Origin: Solirubrobacterales bacterium
GTDB lineage: Bacteria; Bacillota; Syntrophomonadia; Syntrophomonadales; DTU052
Assembly (NCBI GenBank): GCA_050258755.1
Contig: JBLMZI010000001.1
Span: forward strand, 73,833-137,832
Reading direction: 5' to 3'
DNA length: 64,000 nucleotides
A program made the position numbers and the translations under genes. Under the pieces are notes generated by a model that saw nothing but the letters and a program-made list of their open reading frames with translations, made no database searches and was not told where the DNA came from. Below, in pieces: positions 1 to 9,500 of this stretch (positions within the stretch are counted from its first letter, which is position 1; each line of letters begins with the position of its first letter).

Positions 1-1757
1 AAGCCGCGCAGCTTCAGCCAGGACGACTCGTTCGGCAGATCGAGCTGGCAGGTGCGGTTGCACATTTCACAGGTGGTGCAGGCGAGGAAGGTGTTGACCG
101 CTTCCTGATCCCACTCGGCGTCGCCTTCCAGGATCATCTTGATATAGGTCCACTTGCCGCGCGGGGATTGCGATTCCCAGTATCGCCCGTAGTACTGGTC
201 GCAGTGATCCACGCAGTAGCCGCACTGGGAGCAGGCATACGCGTACCATGCGATATCGCCCGGGATGCCCCGCCGCTCTTTGAAAATCTCGCCCGGATCC
301 TTGCCGCCGGCCCAGTTGCCGAAAACGCGGATCAGCGGCTCAAAGGCATTGGCGACCTTAAGACCGGTGGCGATCAGCCGGGTATCGATCACTTTTCCCG
401 GGTTCATCAATCCCCTGGGATCGGCTTCGCCTTTAAACGCTTTGATCTGCTCGACATGTTCTTTGCCCAGGACTTCGTCGGCAAAGGCGGTGAAATACAG
501 GCCGGTCGCGTACGGGCGGCCGCCGAATTTCTGAGCGGCTTTCAGCACGGTCAGGGACAGGCCGAAGGCGATATTGAAATTGAAGCTGCGTTCATCGTGC
601 AGGATGAATCCGAGCAGGACGAACTCCCGATTGTTGGTTGCAAAACCTTCCATGATAAAGGGGTGCTTGATATCGGACTGGGTAGCCTCGATCATTGCGG
701 CCAGCTGTTCGACTGGAACCACAACTTCGCTGGGGATCAGCGAGGGCGCGATCCGCTTGGCCCGCATCGGTTCAAACCGGGCATCCCACTCGTGGGCGGC
801 GATTTCGTCCGAAAGGGCTTCCCCATTAAACCGGCCGGCCAGCTCCATAACATCCTTCGAAATCAGATCGCAGCGTTCCGAGGTACAGGAAAGCAGCGCG
901 ATATACTTCTCGGGCAGCACTGGACGGTGCTCGTCGTGAACCGGATGTCCATGATGCAGGTGCGGCGGGAGTTGATTTTTCAACCGGGCCGCATCAGGAT
1001 TAATGAAGGAAACCGACCAGAGCGGGACCTTAAAATCGTAAAGACCTTTCATAAAGGCGGCCATCGCCGGGGCGGTCTCGAAGGCAATGGCTCTGACGTG
1101 CATCGGGCTCAGCGGTTTGACCCGGAAGGTCACCTCGGAGATAAAGCCGGTAATGCCGTTAGCTTCGGAAACCAGGTTCAGTTCCTTGCCGGCCAGTTCG
1201 CGCACGCTGCCGTCCGGGGCGACCAGCCGGGCTGCGAAAACATTGTCGCTGAAATAGCCGAACTCGTAGCTGCCGATGCCGGCGCCGCCCTGAGCCAGCC
1301 ATCCGCCGACCGTGGATGATGGGGCGCTGGTCGGGTACAAGGCCAGGGTCAGGTCCTGCTGATTCAGGTGGTATTCGAGTTCCTTCCAGACCACGCCGGG
1401 TTGAACCGTCGCGGTGCGCGCTTCGGGATCGATGGAAAGAATCTGGCTCATGCGGTTGAATTCGACCACCAGACCGGCATCCACCGGCAGGACGCCGCCA
1501 TAGCCGGAAGTGGCCTTGCCGCGGGGAGTCAGTTTAATGTTTTCCCGATTTGCGAACTGAACCAGTTCAATGAGTTCGGCTTCGGTCAACGGCTGGACAA
1601 TGCCGTCCGGTACGCAGCTGCCGACCACCGGTTTGATCATTGAGGGCATTACGCCCATATCGTGCGCGTAGATTTTGCGTTCCAGCTCGCTGAAATTGAC
1701 CCGCTGGCCGAAAATTCGGGTCAGTTCAGCCTGAATCCGCTTGTCTTTATCAACCAT
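1..1757 (-). CDS. FAD-binding oxidase (GlcD / D-lactate dehydrogenase-like) fused to a C-terminal 2x[4Fe-4S] GlpC/GlcF/HdrC-like domain. The 3' end lies beyond the window start.
   Basis: Hand translation of the minus strand; it is absent from the ORF track because there is no stop inside the window. Sequence reads MVDKDKRIQAELTRIFGQRVNFSELERKIYAHDMGVMP...TPRGKATSGYGG... The C-terminal part has CSQCGYCVDHC and CTTCEMCNRTC (two CxxCxxCxxxC motifs). AGGAGG lies about 8 nt upstream of the ATG at 1757 (alternative ATG at 1763). The 168..1319 plus ORF is its antisense shadow. Confidence 0.8.
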   Translation of the reverse strand, partial: MVDKDKRIQAELTRIFGQRVNFSELERKIYAHDMGVMPSMIKPVVGSCVPDGIVQPLTEAELIELVQFANRENIKLTPRGKATSGYGGVLPVDAGLVVEFNRMSQILSIDPEARTATVQPGVVWKELEYHLNQQDLTLALYPTSAPSSTVGGWLAQGGAGIGSYEFGYFSDNVFAARLVAPDGSVRELAGKELNLVSEANGITGFISEVTFRVKPLSPMHVRAIAFETAPAMAAFMKGLYDFKVPLWSVSFINPDAARLKNQLPPHLHHGHPVHDEHRPVLPEKYIALLSCTSERCDLISKDVMELAGRFNGEALSDEIAAHEWDARFEPMRAKRIAPSLIPSEVVVPVEQLAAMIEATQSDIKHPFIMEGFATNNREFVLLGFILHDERSFNFNIAFGLSLTVLKAAQKFGGRPYATGLYFTAFADEVLGKEHVEQIKAFKGEADPRGLMNPGKVIDTRLIATGLKVANAFEPLIRVFGNWAGGKDPGEIFKERRGIPGDIAWYAYACSQCGYCVDHCDQYYGRYWESQSPRGKWTYIKMILEGDAEWDQEAVNTFLACTTCEMCNRTCQLDLPNESSWLKLRG

Positions 1758-1954
1758 GTCCATTCCTCCTCTTGCACAGGCATTTTCGCCGCACAATACC
1801 CCTGGGGGGTATATCCTGATTAAAGCATACCAAAAGCCGGAAGTTGAAAGCAACAAGAAATTTGTGACACTGGGAAAAAGGCTGAAATGCCGAAAAGGTG
1901 ATCAAATTAGGCGAGAAATAGCCGGTGGGTTCAAACAAAGCTCGATATTAAGGC

Positions 1955-1997
1955 GAAAAAATACCCCCTGTTCCCGGTGGGCCGGCAAGGGGGTATT
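1955..1997 (-). terminator. Rho-independent terminator downstream of 2020..2358
   Basis: On the minus strand, ATACCCCC (1996..1989) pairs with GGGGGTAT (1968..1961) and is followed by a TTTTT run (1960..1956). Confidence 0.6.
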
Positions 1998-2019
1998 CTG
2001 TCACCCTTTGAAATGTCAA

Positions 2020-2358
2020 TCAGTCCGGGGGGTCAGCCGTGTCCTCAGCCTCGTCCCAGCCTTCAGGGCCTTCGAGTTTTACAGACTGCAGAAGTGCCTC
2101 CGCCTCCTCAAACCGGGCCGCCGGAACCAGAACCCGGACTTCGGCCAGCGGGCCGATGGTCAGCCCCTGAACCGGCGCAATCCCTTCATATTTCAAGAGC
2201 ACCGGGATGCCGAAGTCTTCCAGCATGCTTTTCAGAACCGCGTCTTCCGGCGGGAAGACCACGCGCAGGCAGAGCCAGTCTTCAGTCACCGGGGCGTGGC
2301 AGCCGGGGCATGTGGAAACGCCGGGTGAAAGAATCGTACCGCAGTGTTCACATTTCAT
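2020..2358 (-). CDS. Small protein with an N-terminal zinc ribbon and a DUF2007-like (putative signal-transducing) domain
   Basis: 112-aa ORF with CEHCG...CPGC at the N-terminus. It continues with LKSMLEDFGIPVLLKYEG...VLVPAARFEEAEALL, which is typical of DUF2007. Confidence 0.6.
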   Translation of the reverse strand: MKCEHCGTILSPGVSTCPGCHAPVTEDWLCLRVVFPPEDAVLKSMLEDFGIPVLLKYEGIAPVQGLTIGPLAEVRVLVPAARFEEAEALLQSVKLEGPEGWDEAEDTADPPD

Positions 2359-2520
2359 AACTGGACTCCTTTCAAAGAGTGATCCGTGCGGAGCAGTCCT
2401 CTTTTTCGAAAAGGCAGCAGCCCGCCAGTGGATTCAACCGGCTTTCGGGTCGGTCAAAACCGCTAAAGATGCCTGACCGAAAGCCCGATGTTCAATCATA
2501 TGCTTTGGATGATGTAAACA

Positions 2521-2549
2521 TTGACCAATCTGTGACTTGATTGTATCCT
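2521..2549 (+). promoter_or_regulatory. Candidate sigma-A promoter for 2579..4147
   Basis: TTGACC (2521..2526), a 17-nt spacer, then TATCCT (2544..2549), about 30 nt before the ATG. Confidence 0.35.
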
Positions 2550-2578
2550 ATGCCAGGGAGAAAGCAAGCTGAAGCTTT

Positions 2579-4147
2579 ATGGGGGCAAACGGTATGGTAT
2601 CCGAAAACAGCGGAATTTATCGTGAAATTTTTGATGCGGCGGGGTGCGGCCTACTCGTGCTCGATGAGAACGGGGCCCTTCTTATGGTCAACCGGTATGC
2701 GGCTGTCCTTATGGACCGCCAGCGGGAAGATATCGAGGGGAAACTCCGATGGACCGATCTGGTCGAAAAGGACCAGCACGACCTGGTGAAGGCCTGCTGG
2801 TATACAGCCCGGACCGAATCGGGATTTGGGCCGGCCGAGTGCGATGTGACGATAAAAACGCCCGGGGGACGTAACGCCGAAGTCCTGGTGGCTATGTCCC
2901 GGCTGCCGCAGACCGGCCATATGGCGGCGGCCATCCTTGATATAACAGACCGAAAACAGACCGGGCGCGAGCTGAGCCGGCTGAACGATGAACTCAAGCG
3001 CGAACTGAAGGTCTATGCCTTGATGGAGGAAAATCTGCGTTCGCGGTTGGAAGATTTTATGGCAGGCGCGCAGACCGATGACCCGGATTGGAATTTGCAT
3101 GATCCGCTGACCGGACTGCACAGCCGCAGCTATTTTGAGGAAGAGCTGCGGCGGCTGGAAAGCGGAAGGTACGACCCGGTCGGACTCATCATGTGCGATG
3201 TCGATGGGTTAAAGCTGGTGAACGACACGTTTGGGCATGATGCCGGTGATGCGGTTTTAATGACGGCGAGTGAACTTATCCGCAACAGTTTTCGCGAAGG
3301 CGATGTGGTTTCCCGGGTCGGCGGCGACGAGTTTGCCATTGTGCTGCCCAACAGCCCGGCAGCGGTGGTCGAGGAATCCTGCCGCCGGATTGAACGGAAT
3401 GTCGCGGAGTACAACGCTGCAAATCCCGATTTGCCGCTGTCGATATCGAGTGGATTTGCGATCCGGACCGATGGCAACCGGCGCATGATGGACCTGTTCC
3501 GCGAAGCGGACAATCAGATGTACCGCCGAAAACTACACAGTTCACGGAGCGCACGCAGCGCGATCGTTCAAACCCTGATGAAGGCACTGGAAGCGCGGGA
3601 TTATATTACTGAAGGCCATGCCGACCGGCTGCAGGGCATTGTGGCAGCGGTCGGCATGGTGCTGGGACTGCCGGAACGCAGGATTAGCGACCTCAGGCTG
3701 CTGGCGCAATTCCACGACATCGGCAAAGTCGGCATCCCGGACCGGATTTTATTCAAACCGGCCCGGCTGACCGACGAAGAATACTGGGAAATGCGGCGCC
3801 ATTCGGATATCGGGCATAAAATCGCCCAGTCGGCGCCGGATCTGGCCCCGATCTCCGACTGGATCTTAAAACACCACGAATGGTGGAACGGTGAGGGTTA
3901 CCCCGTCGGTCTGGCTGGTGAAAATATCCCGCTGGAGTGCCGGATTTTAGCCCTGGCGGATGCCTATGACGCGATGACCAGCGACCGCCCTTACCGGAAC
4001 GCGATGACCCACGAAGATGCGGTCTGCGAATTGAACAAATACGCCGGCGTCCAGTTCGACCCGGACCTGGTCGAGCGGTTTATCCGGGTGGTCGAATCCA
4101 TCCGGGTCGAGACGGATGACGTAATCGATCGCAAAATGCGCGGTTGA
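2579..4147 (+). CDS. PAS-GGDEF-HD-GYP protein (diguanylate cyclase / c-di-GMP phosphodiesterase domains)
   Basis: 522-aa ORF with an N-terminal PAS-like segment. The GGDEF motif is SRVGGDEFAIVLP. The HD-GYP part reads FHDIGKVGIPD ... HHEWWNGEGYPVGL. Confidence 0.9.
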   Translation: MGANGMVSENSGIYREIFDAAGCGLLVLDENGALLMVNRYAAVLMDRQREDIEGKLRWTDLVEKDQHDLVKACWYTARTESGFGPAECDVTIKTPGGRNAEVLVAMSRLPQTGHMAAAILDITDRKQTGRELSRLNDELKRELKVYALMEENLRSRLEDFMAGAQTDDPDWNLHDPLTGLHSRSYFEEELRRLESGRYDPVGLIMCDVDGLKLVNDTFGHDAGDAVLMTASELIRNSFREGDVVSRVGGDEFAIVLPNSPAAVVEESCRRIERNVAEYNAANPDLPLSISSGFAIRTDGNRRMMDLFREADNQMYRRKLHSSRSARSAIVQTLMKALEARDYITEGHADRLQGIVAAVGMVLGLPERRISDLRLLAQFHDIGKVGIPDRILFKPARLTDEEYWEMRRHSDIGHKIAQSAPDLAPISDWILKHHEWWNGEGYPVGLAGENIPLECRILALADAYDAMTSDRPYRNAMTHEDAVCELNKYAGVQFDPDLVERFIRVVESIRVETDDVIDRKMRG

Positions 4148-4235
4148 GTGGCTCTCAGGTGCCTTTTTCCACAGTATGCGGTTTAATGATGATATCCGGA
4201 TTTTTGCCAGGGCTGAAAGCGAGGATGAATGCTTG

Positions 4236-6080
4236 ATGGCGCAGACCAGAAATCTTTTGACGTATCTTGAAAACCATATGCTGATCGGTGATGGCGCGAT
4301 GGGGACCTGGCTGTATCACAACGGCGTGCCGCTCGGCGTTTGCTATGAAGAATTGTGCCTTTCCCAACCGGAAATGGTTCTGGATGTTCACCGGCAATAC
4401 TACGAGGCCGGTGCCCGTCTGATTGAAACCAATACCTTTGGAGCGAACCGTGAGGCCCTGGCGCGCCACGGCATGGAGGATCTGGTCTACCGGATCAACT
4501 GGAAAGCGGCCGCATTGGCCCGGGAAGCGGCCGGACCGGATGGGTTCGTGGCGGGCAGTGTCAGTTCCGTCACCGCCGGCCGGGTCCGCGACACCCGAAT
4601 GACCGGCCACCGGGAGACCTTTTCCGAGCAAATGGAAGCCCTTTTATCCGGGGGAATTGACGCATTTATGCTGGAGACCTTTCTGGACCTGGAAGAACTG
4701 CTGCTCGCGGTGGAAACAGCCCGCGGATTGTCCGGACTTCCCATCATTGCCGAGCTGGCCTTGCAGGAAGTCGGGCGCACCCGCGATGGGTACACGCTTT
4801 CCGAGGCGTTTGCCCGGCTCGGTCAGTCCGGGGCCGATGTCGTCGGGCTGAACTGCCGGCTTGGTCCCGGAGAAATGCTTCGCTCGCTGGAACAGTCGGT
4901 GGTTCCCGAGAACCTGCCCATTGCCGTTTTTCCGAATGCTGGCCGGCTTGGCCTGATCGATGACGGATTTATCTATACCTCATCAATTGACTACTTTGCT
5001 GACCGTGCGCAACGTTTCCGGGAACAAGGGGCCCGGATTATTGGGGGCTGCTGCGGGACCACCCCGGCCCATATTCAGGCGGTCGCCCGCGTACTTGGCG
5101 AGCTGCCGCCGCTGCCGCGCATCAACCCTGAGCGGCCTTTGATTGAAGTTACTGAACCGCACCTGTATTCGGCGGCGCCGGAGCGCGGCCAGACCCTGCT
5201 TGACCTGGTGAAGCTGCGGCATACGGTGATTGTCGAATATGATCCCCCCAAGGATCTCGATATTGAGGAATTTTTGAAGGGTGCGGCCACTCTGCAGGAC
5301 GCCGGGGCCGACGCCGTAACCATGGCCGAAAACTCCCTGGCCCAGACCCGTATGAGCAATTTGGCGCTGGGGGCGATTTTACAAAACAAGCTTGGGATTG
5401 AACCGCTGGTTCATCTTACCTGCCGGGACCGTAACCTGATCGGCCAGCAGTCGCATCTGATGGGCCTTGAAGCGTTGGGGATCCATCACATCCTGGTGGT
5501 CACCGGCGACCCCGCCCGCTTTGGCGATCTGCCGGGGGCCAGCTCGGTGTTTGACGTTTCTTCCTTCGACCTGATCCGCATGGTAAAACAGCTGAACGAG
5601 GGGATATCCTTCTCGGGCAAACGGTTGAAGCAGCAGGCCCGGTTTGTGGTCGGGGCGGCCTTTAATCCTCATGTGAGCAATTATCAGAACGCGCTTGGGC
5701 GCCTGGAGAAGAAAATCGAAGCAGGTGCCGATTTTATCATGACCCAGCCGGTTTACGACCCTGAAATGATTGAACGAATCCATACCAGTACCCGAGATCT
5801 GCCGGTCCCGATCTTTCTAGGGATTATGCCGCTGACCAGCGAACGCAACGCCGAATTCCTGCATAATGAAGTACCGGGAATCCGGCTGCCGGAAACCGCG
5901 CTTGAGCGGATGCGCGGAACAGTGGGTGAGGCGGGTCGGGAGCAGGGTAAACTGCTTGCCCGGGAATTGATTGAATTTGCCATGCCCCGCTTTAACGGCA
6001 TTTATTTGATGACACCGTTTTCGTATTATGAAATGACCGCGGATTTGACCCGGTTTGTGACTGAGCGGCGCGGCGAATAG
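4236..6080 (+). CDS. yitJ: Bifunctional homocysteine S-methyltransferase / 5,10-methylenetetrahydrofolate reductase (YitJ-type fusion)
   Basis: The N-terminal Hcy-binding domain includes LIGDGAMGTWLY...GGCCGTTPAHI. The C-terminal MetF-like domain includes HLTCRD...VVTGDP...FIMTQPVYD. The ORF opens at 4176; I prefer the ATG at 4236, which has GAGGA upstream and gives 614 aa. Confidence 0.85.
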   Translation: MAQTRNLLTYLENHMLIGDGAMGTWLYHNGVPLGVCYEELCLSQPEMVLDVHRQYYEAGARLIETNTFGANREALARHGMEDLVYRINWKAAALAREAAGPDGFVAGSVSSVTAGRVRDTRMTGHRETFSEQMEALLSGGIDAFMLETFLDLEELLLAVETARGLSGLPIIAELALQEVGRTRDGYTLSEAFARLGQSGADVVGLNCRLGPGEMLRSLEQSVVPENLPIAVFPNAGRLGLIDDGFIYTSSIDYFADRAQRFREQGARIIGGCCGTTPAHIQAVARVLGELPPLPRINPERPLIEVTEPHLYSAAPERGQTLLDLVKLRHTVIVEYDPPKDLDIEEFLKGAATLQDAGADAVTMAENSLAQTRMSNLALGAILQNKLGIEPLVHLTCRDRNLIGQQSHLMGLEALGIHHILVVTGDPARFGDLPGASSVFDVSSFDLIRMVKQLNEGISFSGKRLKQQARFVVGAAFNPHVSNYQNALGRLEKKIEAGADFIMTQPVYDPEMIERIHTSTRDLPVPIFLGIMPLTSERNAEFLHNEVPGIRLPETALERMRGTVGEAGREQGKLLARELIEFAMPRFNGIYLMTPFSYYEMTADLTRFVTERRGE

Positions 6081-6408
6081 CGTTTCCTTACGAAGGCCGG
6101 TTATTCTTGAGCATGTCAAGCATGCTCTCAGGTGACACGCTTTCCAGGGCGCGCCGATGCAGGTCGATTATATCGATCATTAGCCGCAGGATTTCCTGCT
6201 GCTGGACAAAACCGCGTTCCAGCCGATTCACGCGTTCGGTCAGCTTGTCGATCTCACCGATAGTTCATTCCTCCTGACCGTCTCCGGGGAGTGCCCCTTA
6301 ACCGAATTCCTCTGAAACAACCTGATACAATCCTTCCCCGAAATCACTTTTCCTATTGGTGGCGTGCCCGTCAAAAACCGCACCTTCCCGGCGAAATTCC
6401 ACGAAAAA

Positions 6409-6417
6409 TGGTAGAAT
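6409..6417 (+). promoter_or_regulatory. Candidate extended -10 (TGgTAGAAT) for the envelope operon
   Basis: TGGTAGAAT at 6409..6417 sits in the 0.5-kb intergenic region, about 170 nt upstream of the ATG at 6587. There is no good -35. Confidence 0.3.
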
Positions 6418-6476
6418 AAAGAAAGAACTCGTTTCAGCCGGATAACGTGGCAGATTGTGGTGTCTGACCGGGTCCA

Positions 6477-6515
6477 ATGCCATCCCATGAAGGAATACGG
6501 CTTCATATGATGGCA
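6477..6515 (+). promoter_or_regulatory. Long near-perfect hairpin in the 5' leader of the envelope operon
   Basis: ATGCCATC-C-CATGAAG-gaatacgg-CTTCATaTG-ATGGCAT, about 15 bp of stem, followed by TTTCG. Confidence 0.4.
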
Positions 6516-6586
6516 TTTCGCACTCAATAAGTTTCGGTCTGAACCCGATAAAAAATATGGATTCCTGTCGGGATTCGTAGGGGAGG

Positions 6587-9500
6587 GTGTTTTCGATGCA
6601 GTCTTGTTTAAACAAATCACACCGCACGGCTTTGCTGATGCTGTTTTTTATGCTGTTCAGCGTGCTGAATACGTTCATTATTCCTCCGGAGCCGGTCAGT
6701 GCTGCCATCACCGGGGTCAGCACGACCAAAGTCAGCGTTTCGGGGCTAACCTCTATCCGCATTGACGCAACACCGGGTACATTCGACTGGTCCGGCCCGG
6801 CCCCGACGGTTCAGTTTTCTTTTGATCCGGCGGGATATGGAACCATTACCAGAACAGCGACCGAGGGAGACGACGGCTATTTAGTCGTTCAGGTTCCCGC
6901 CAGGCCCAATGGAAACGTCCTATCGGTCCGGCAGCTGAAAGTGACCTGCAACGGGGTAACTTTACCGTCCTACACGGTTACGCTGACCTACATAAAAGAC
7001 CCGGTAATCAGCAACATCTATCAGCGGCTGGAAGCGAACGTTACCGGCTATTCGCGAGTTGGCGGCGGTTACACGTTTCAGCTGACTCCCGCGACCCCAA
7101 GCCGCGTACTTTATCTGGAAGGGCCGGGACTTGAAACCGCAACTGTGGTCTATGCCCATCGAATGGTAGGGGCGGCCGAGCAGATCGCCGATGAGATTCC
7201 AGTCACGACCGAAAACCTGATCTATGGGTCCATTGCTATCCCATACAATCCGGGCTATATGGTGGGCAATTTTGTCTACTTCGAGGTGAAAAACGCAGCG
7301 AACGCTTCTTTTTCGTCGGCGCCAACGAACTACTCCGCGCTCACGATGCCTTCCATCACCAGCTTTGACGGCAACCCCGAGAATCTAGTCGGTCTCCAGA
7401 ATTTGACCATCAACGGCAGCGGATTTTCCACTACGGATTCTCAAAACCAGGTGTTAATCAACAATACTCAGCTTAGCGACGCTGCTGTCACGACTAATCC
7501 CGGCGGTACCTCGCTGGGGGTAGTGGTCCCGGACCCGCCCACTTCCGGATCGGGGAAATCGATTGAGATCCGGGTGAACAAGCCGAGCGGCTTGTTCGAC
7601 ACGCAGATTCTATACAAGAATGCGCTGACCATCAACAAGCGGCCGCCAAATCTGGTGCTGCACCCGCCGCTGCTGCCCAACGTCGGGATGGTGTCAGGCG
7701 GGACCAAGGTCTTAATGGCGATCGAAGGGTATGACACCAATACCAAGATCTACTTCGGAAACCGGCAGGCGACCAGCGTTCAGCAGTATACCGGTACGGT
7801 GCCCTCGTATTATGGGTGGCCGACCGGCCCGGGCGTTACAGTCCTCGAGGTCACAACGCCGGCATCCGAAAACGCGCAGGAGGGCAGGGTCGATATCCGG
7901 GTGGAGAACTCACTTTACCCGACCGTGTTATACGATGTGGAAGCGGGCGCGTTCATGTATACCGCCCAGGCCCAGTACTTGCAGCTGACCGACTTGAGCG
8001 AGCTGACCGGACTTGCGACCGGGGGTGAGGCCGTTACCCTTCAGAATAACTTCATCAAATTCCGCAGCAATACGGCTTCAACCACCGACTATGTCGCAGA
8101 TGGACGCTATGTCGTCGGGCAGGATGGCAAAGGACGGATTTATGGGACAGTTTATGCGCTGCCTCGGGATGGATCGGGAAATATCGATCCGGCCTTAAAA
8201 TTCTCGAACTCAACCAACCATATCTTTATCCGGGAAACCTATCCGAACTACCGGCTGGAAGACGGCTCAACCATTAATCTGGTGGTTTACAGCCGGCTTG
8301 AGGTCTCCTTTGGGAGCTCGGCGGCCAAGATCAGATCATTTGCGAATTTTGCCGCGACAAACCGGCAGATGCTGAACGTGATCACCGGTCCCTACAGCCT
8401 GGGACCCAACGAGCTGTTCAAGCAAGTGGACGTTCGAGCAAATGTGATCGAATATATGTATACCGATGCCGGCCAATACATGGGGCCAACGAACGACATG
8501 CCCTTTTCCGGCTTCTCCTCCAGTTCATCCACTATTCCGCCGAAATACTTTCTCTATAAAAAGGCCACCTCCAGTCCCGCAATTACTGCGCTTGCGCCGG
8601 GCGCGCTCTCCTGGAAGGACGTTGGCACGCCGCGGCAGCTGGCTATTTCGGGTTGGGATTTCTTCAGTGGCTGTACCGTTCACTTCAAGAGCCCGGGGAG
8701 ACCCGACGTCACAATTACCGACAATGGTTCAAACATGCTCTTTCAGCCTACCGGTGTAGTGGATGGGAACGGCCGGGTGCAGAAAGTGCTGACGCTTTTG
8801 GATCCGCCGGATTTGCCGCTGTTCCAATCGAATATCACCACGGTCATGGTTCAGGTGGTGAACAGTGACAATGCGGCAACAAATGAGTTCTCGCTTACCT
8901 TGACCAGCGCCCCCAAAATCGATGATGTGCAGCCGGGATTTGGGCCGGTTGGCGGTGGCAACCGGGTCTGCATTACGGGTTCCGATTTCTATTACAATCC
9001 TTCGGTCTGGCTTCGGGTTCCGGGAGTTGCTGGTACCGTCTACGCTCAGGACGTGGTTGTTCTCGATACGGACTTCGTACCGCTGACCAATGTAAGCATT
9101 GTACCAGGAACCAGGATCCTGTTTACCACTCCGGCTGCGGTCGGAGGCTGGGCCCTTCCCGATAGTTTTGATGTGATCGTTTACAATACCGATACCGGGC
9201 AGTACACCTCCAAAGAGGATTACGCCATTCATCCGGCTCCGGCCAGTGATCCTGCCATTACCAGCGTGTCCCCGGCTCAGGGTTTGATGGCGGGCGGTAC
9301 GGATATTGTCATCACCGGCTCCGGATTCCAGCCGAGCGCGATCGCAACGATCGATGGTGTGGCAATCACGAATCCGGTGGTGACGCCGACTCGAATCACA
9401 GGGAAAACACCGCGCGGGAGCCGGGCGAATGTGCCGGTTCCGGTTCAGGTCATGAACCCGAACGGAGGCTATGACATTCAAAACAACTACATGTATTATC

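Noticed and set aside
168-1319. 383-aa plus-strand ORF (and 265..534, 574..939, 1368..1643)
   Set aside because: The composition is antisense-like (Gly/Arg/Ala/Asp-rich with low complexity). The opposite strand translates cleanly into an FAD-oxidase/Fe-S fusion with a proper RBS.
4148-4235. Possible SAM (S-box) riboswitch upstream of the yitJ-like gene
   Set aside because: There are only about 88 nt available, and none of the S-box core strings (CTTATCAAGAGAGG..GAGGGACTGGCCC) are present.
6088-6231. Small minus-strand ORF (47 codons from GTG 6231) with a coiled-coil-like sequence
   Set aside because: The only strong RBS and ATG (about 6259) open a 4-codon frame in a different phase. Without read data I cannot tell a frameshifted small gene from noise. 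It is noted under the leader finding and not called as a feature.
6240-6762. Minus ORFs 6240..6620 and 6298..6762 upstream of, and overlapping, the giant gene start
   Set aside because: They have odd composition and no RBS, and they overlap the leader and signal-peptide region of a strongly supported gene.
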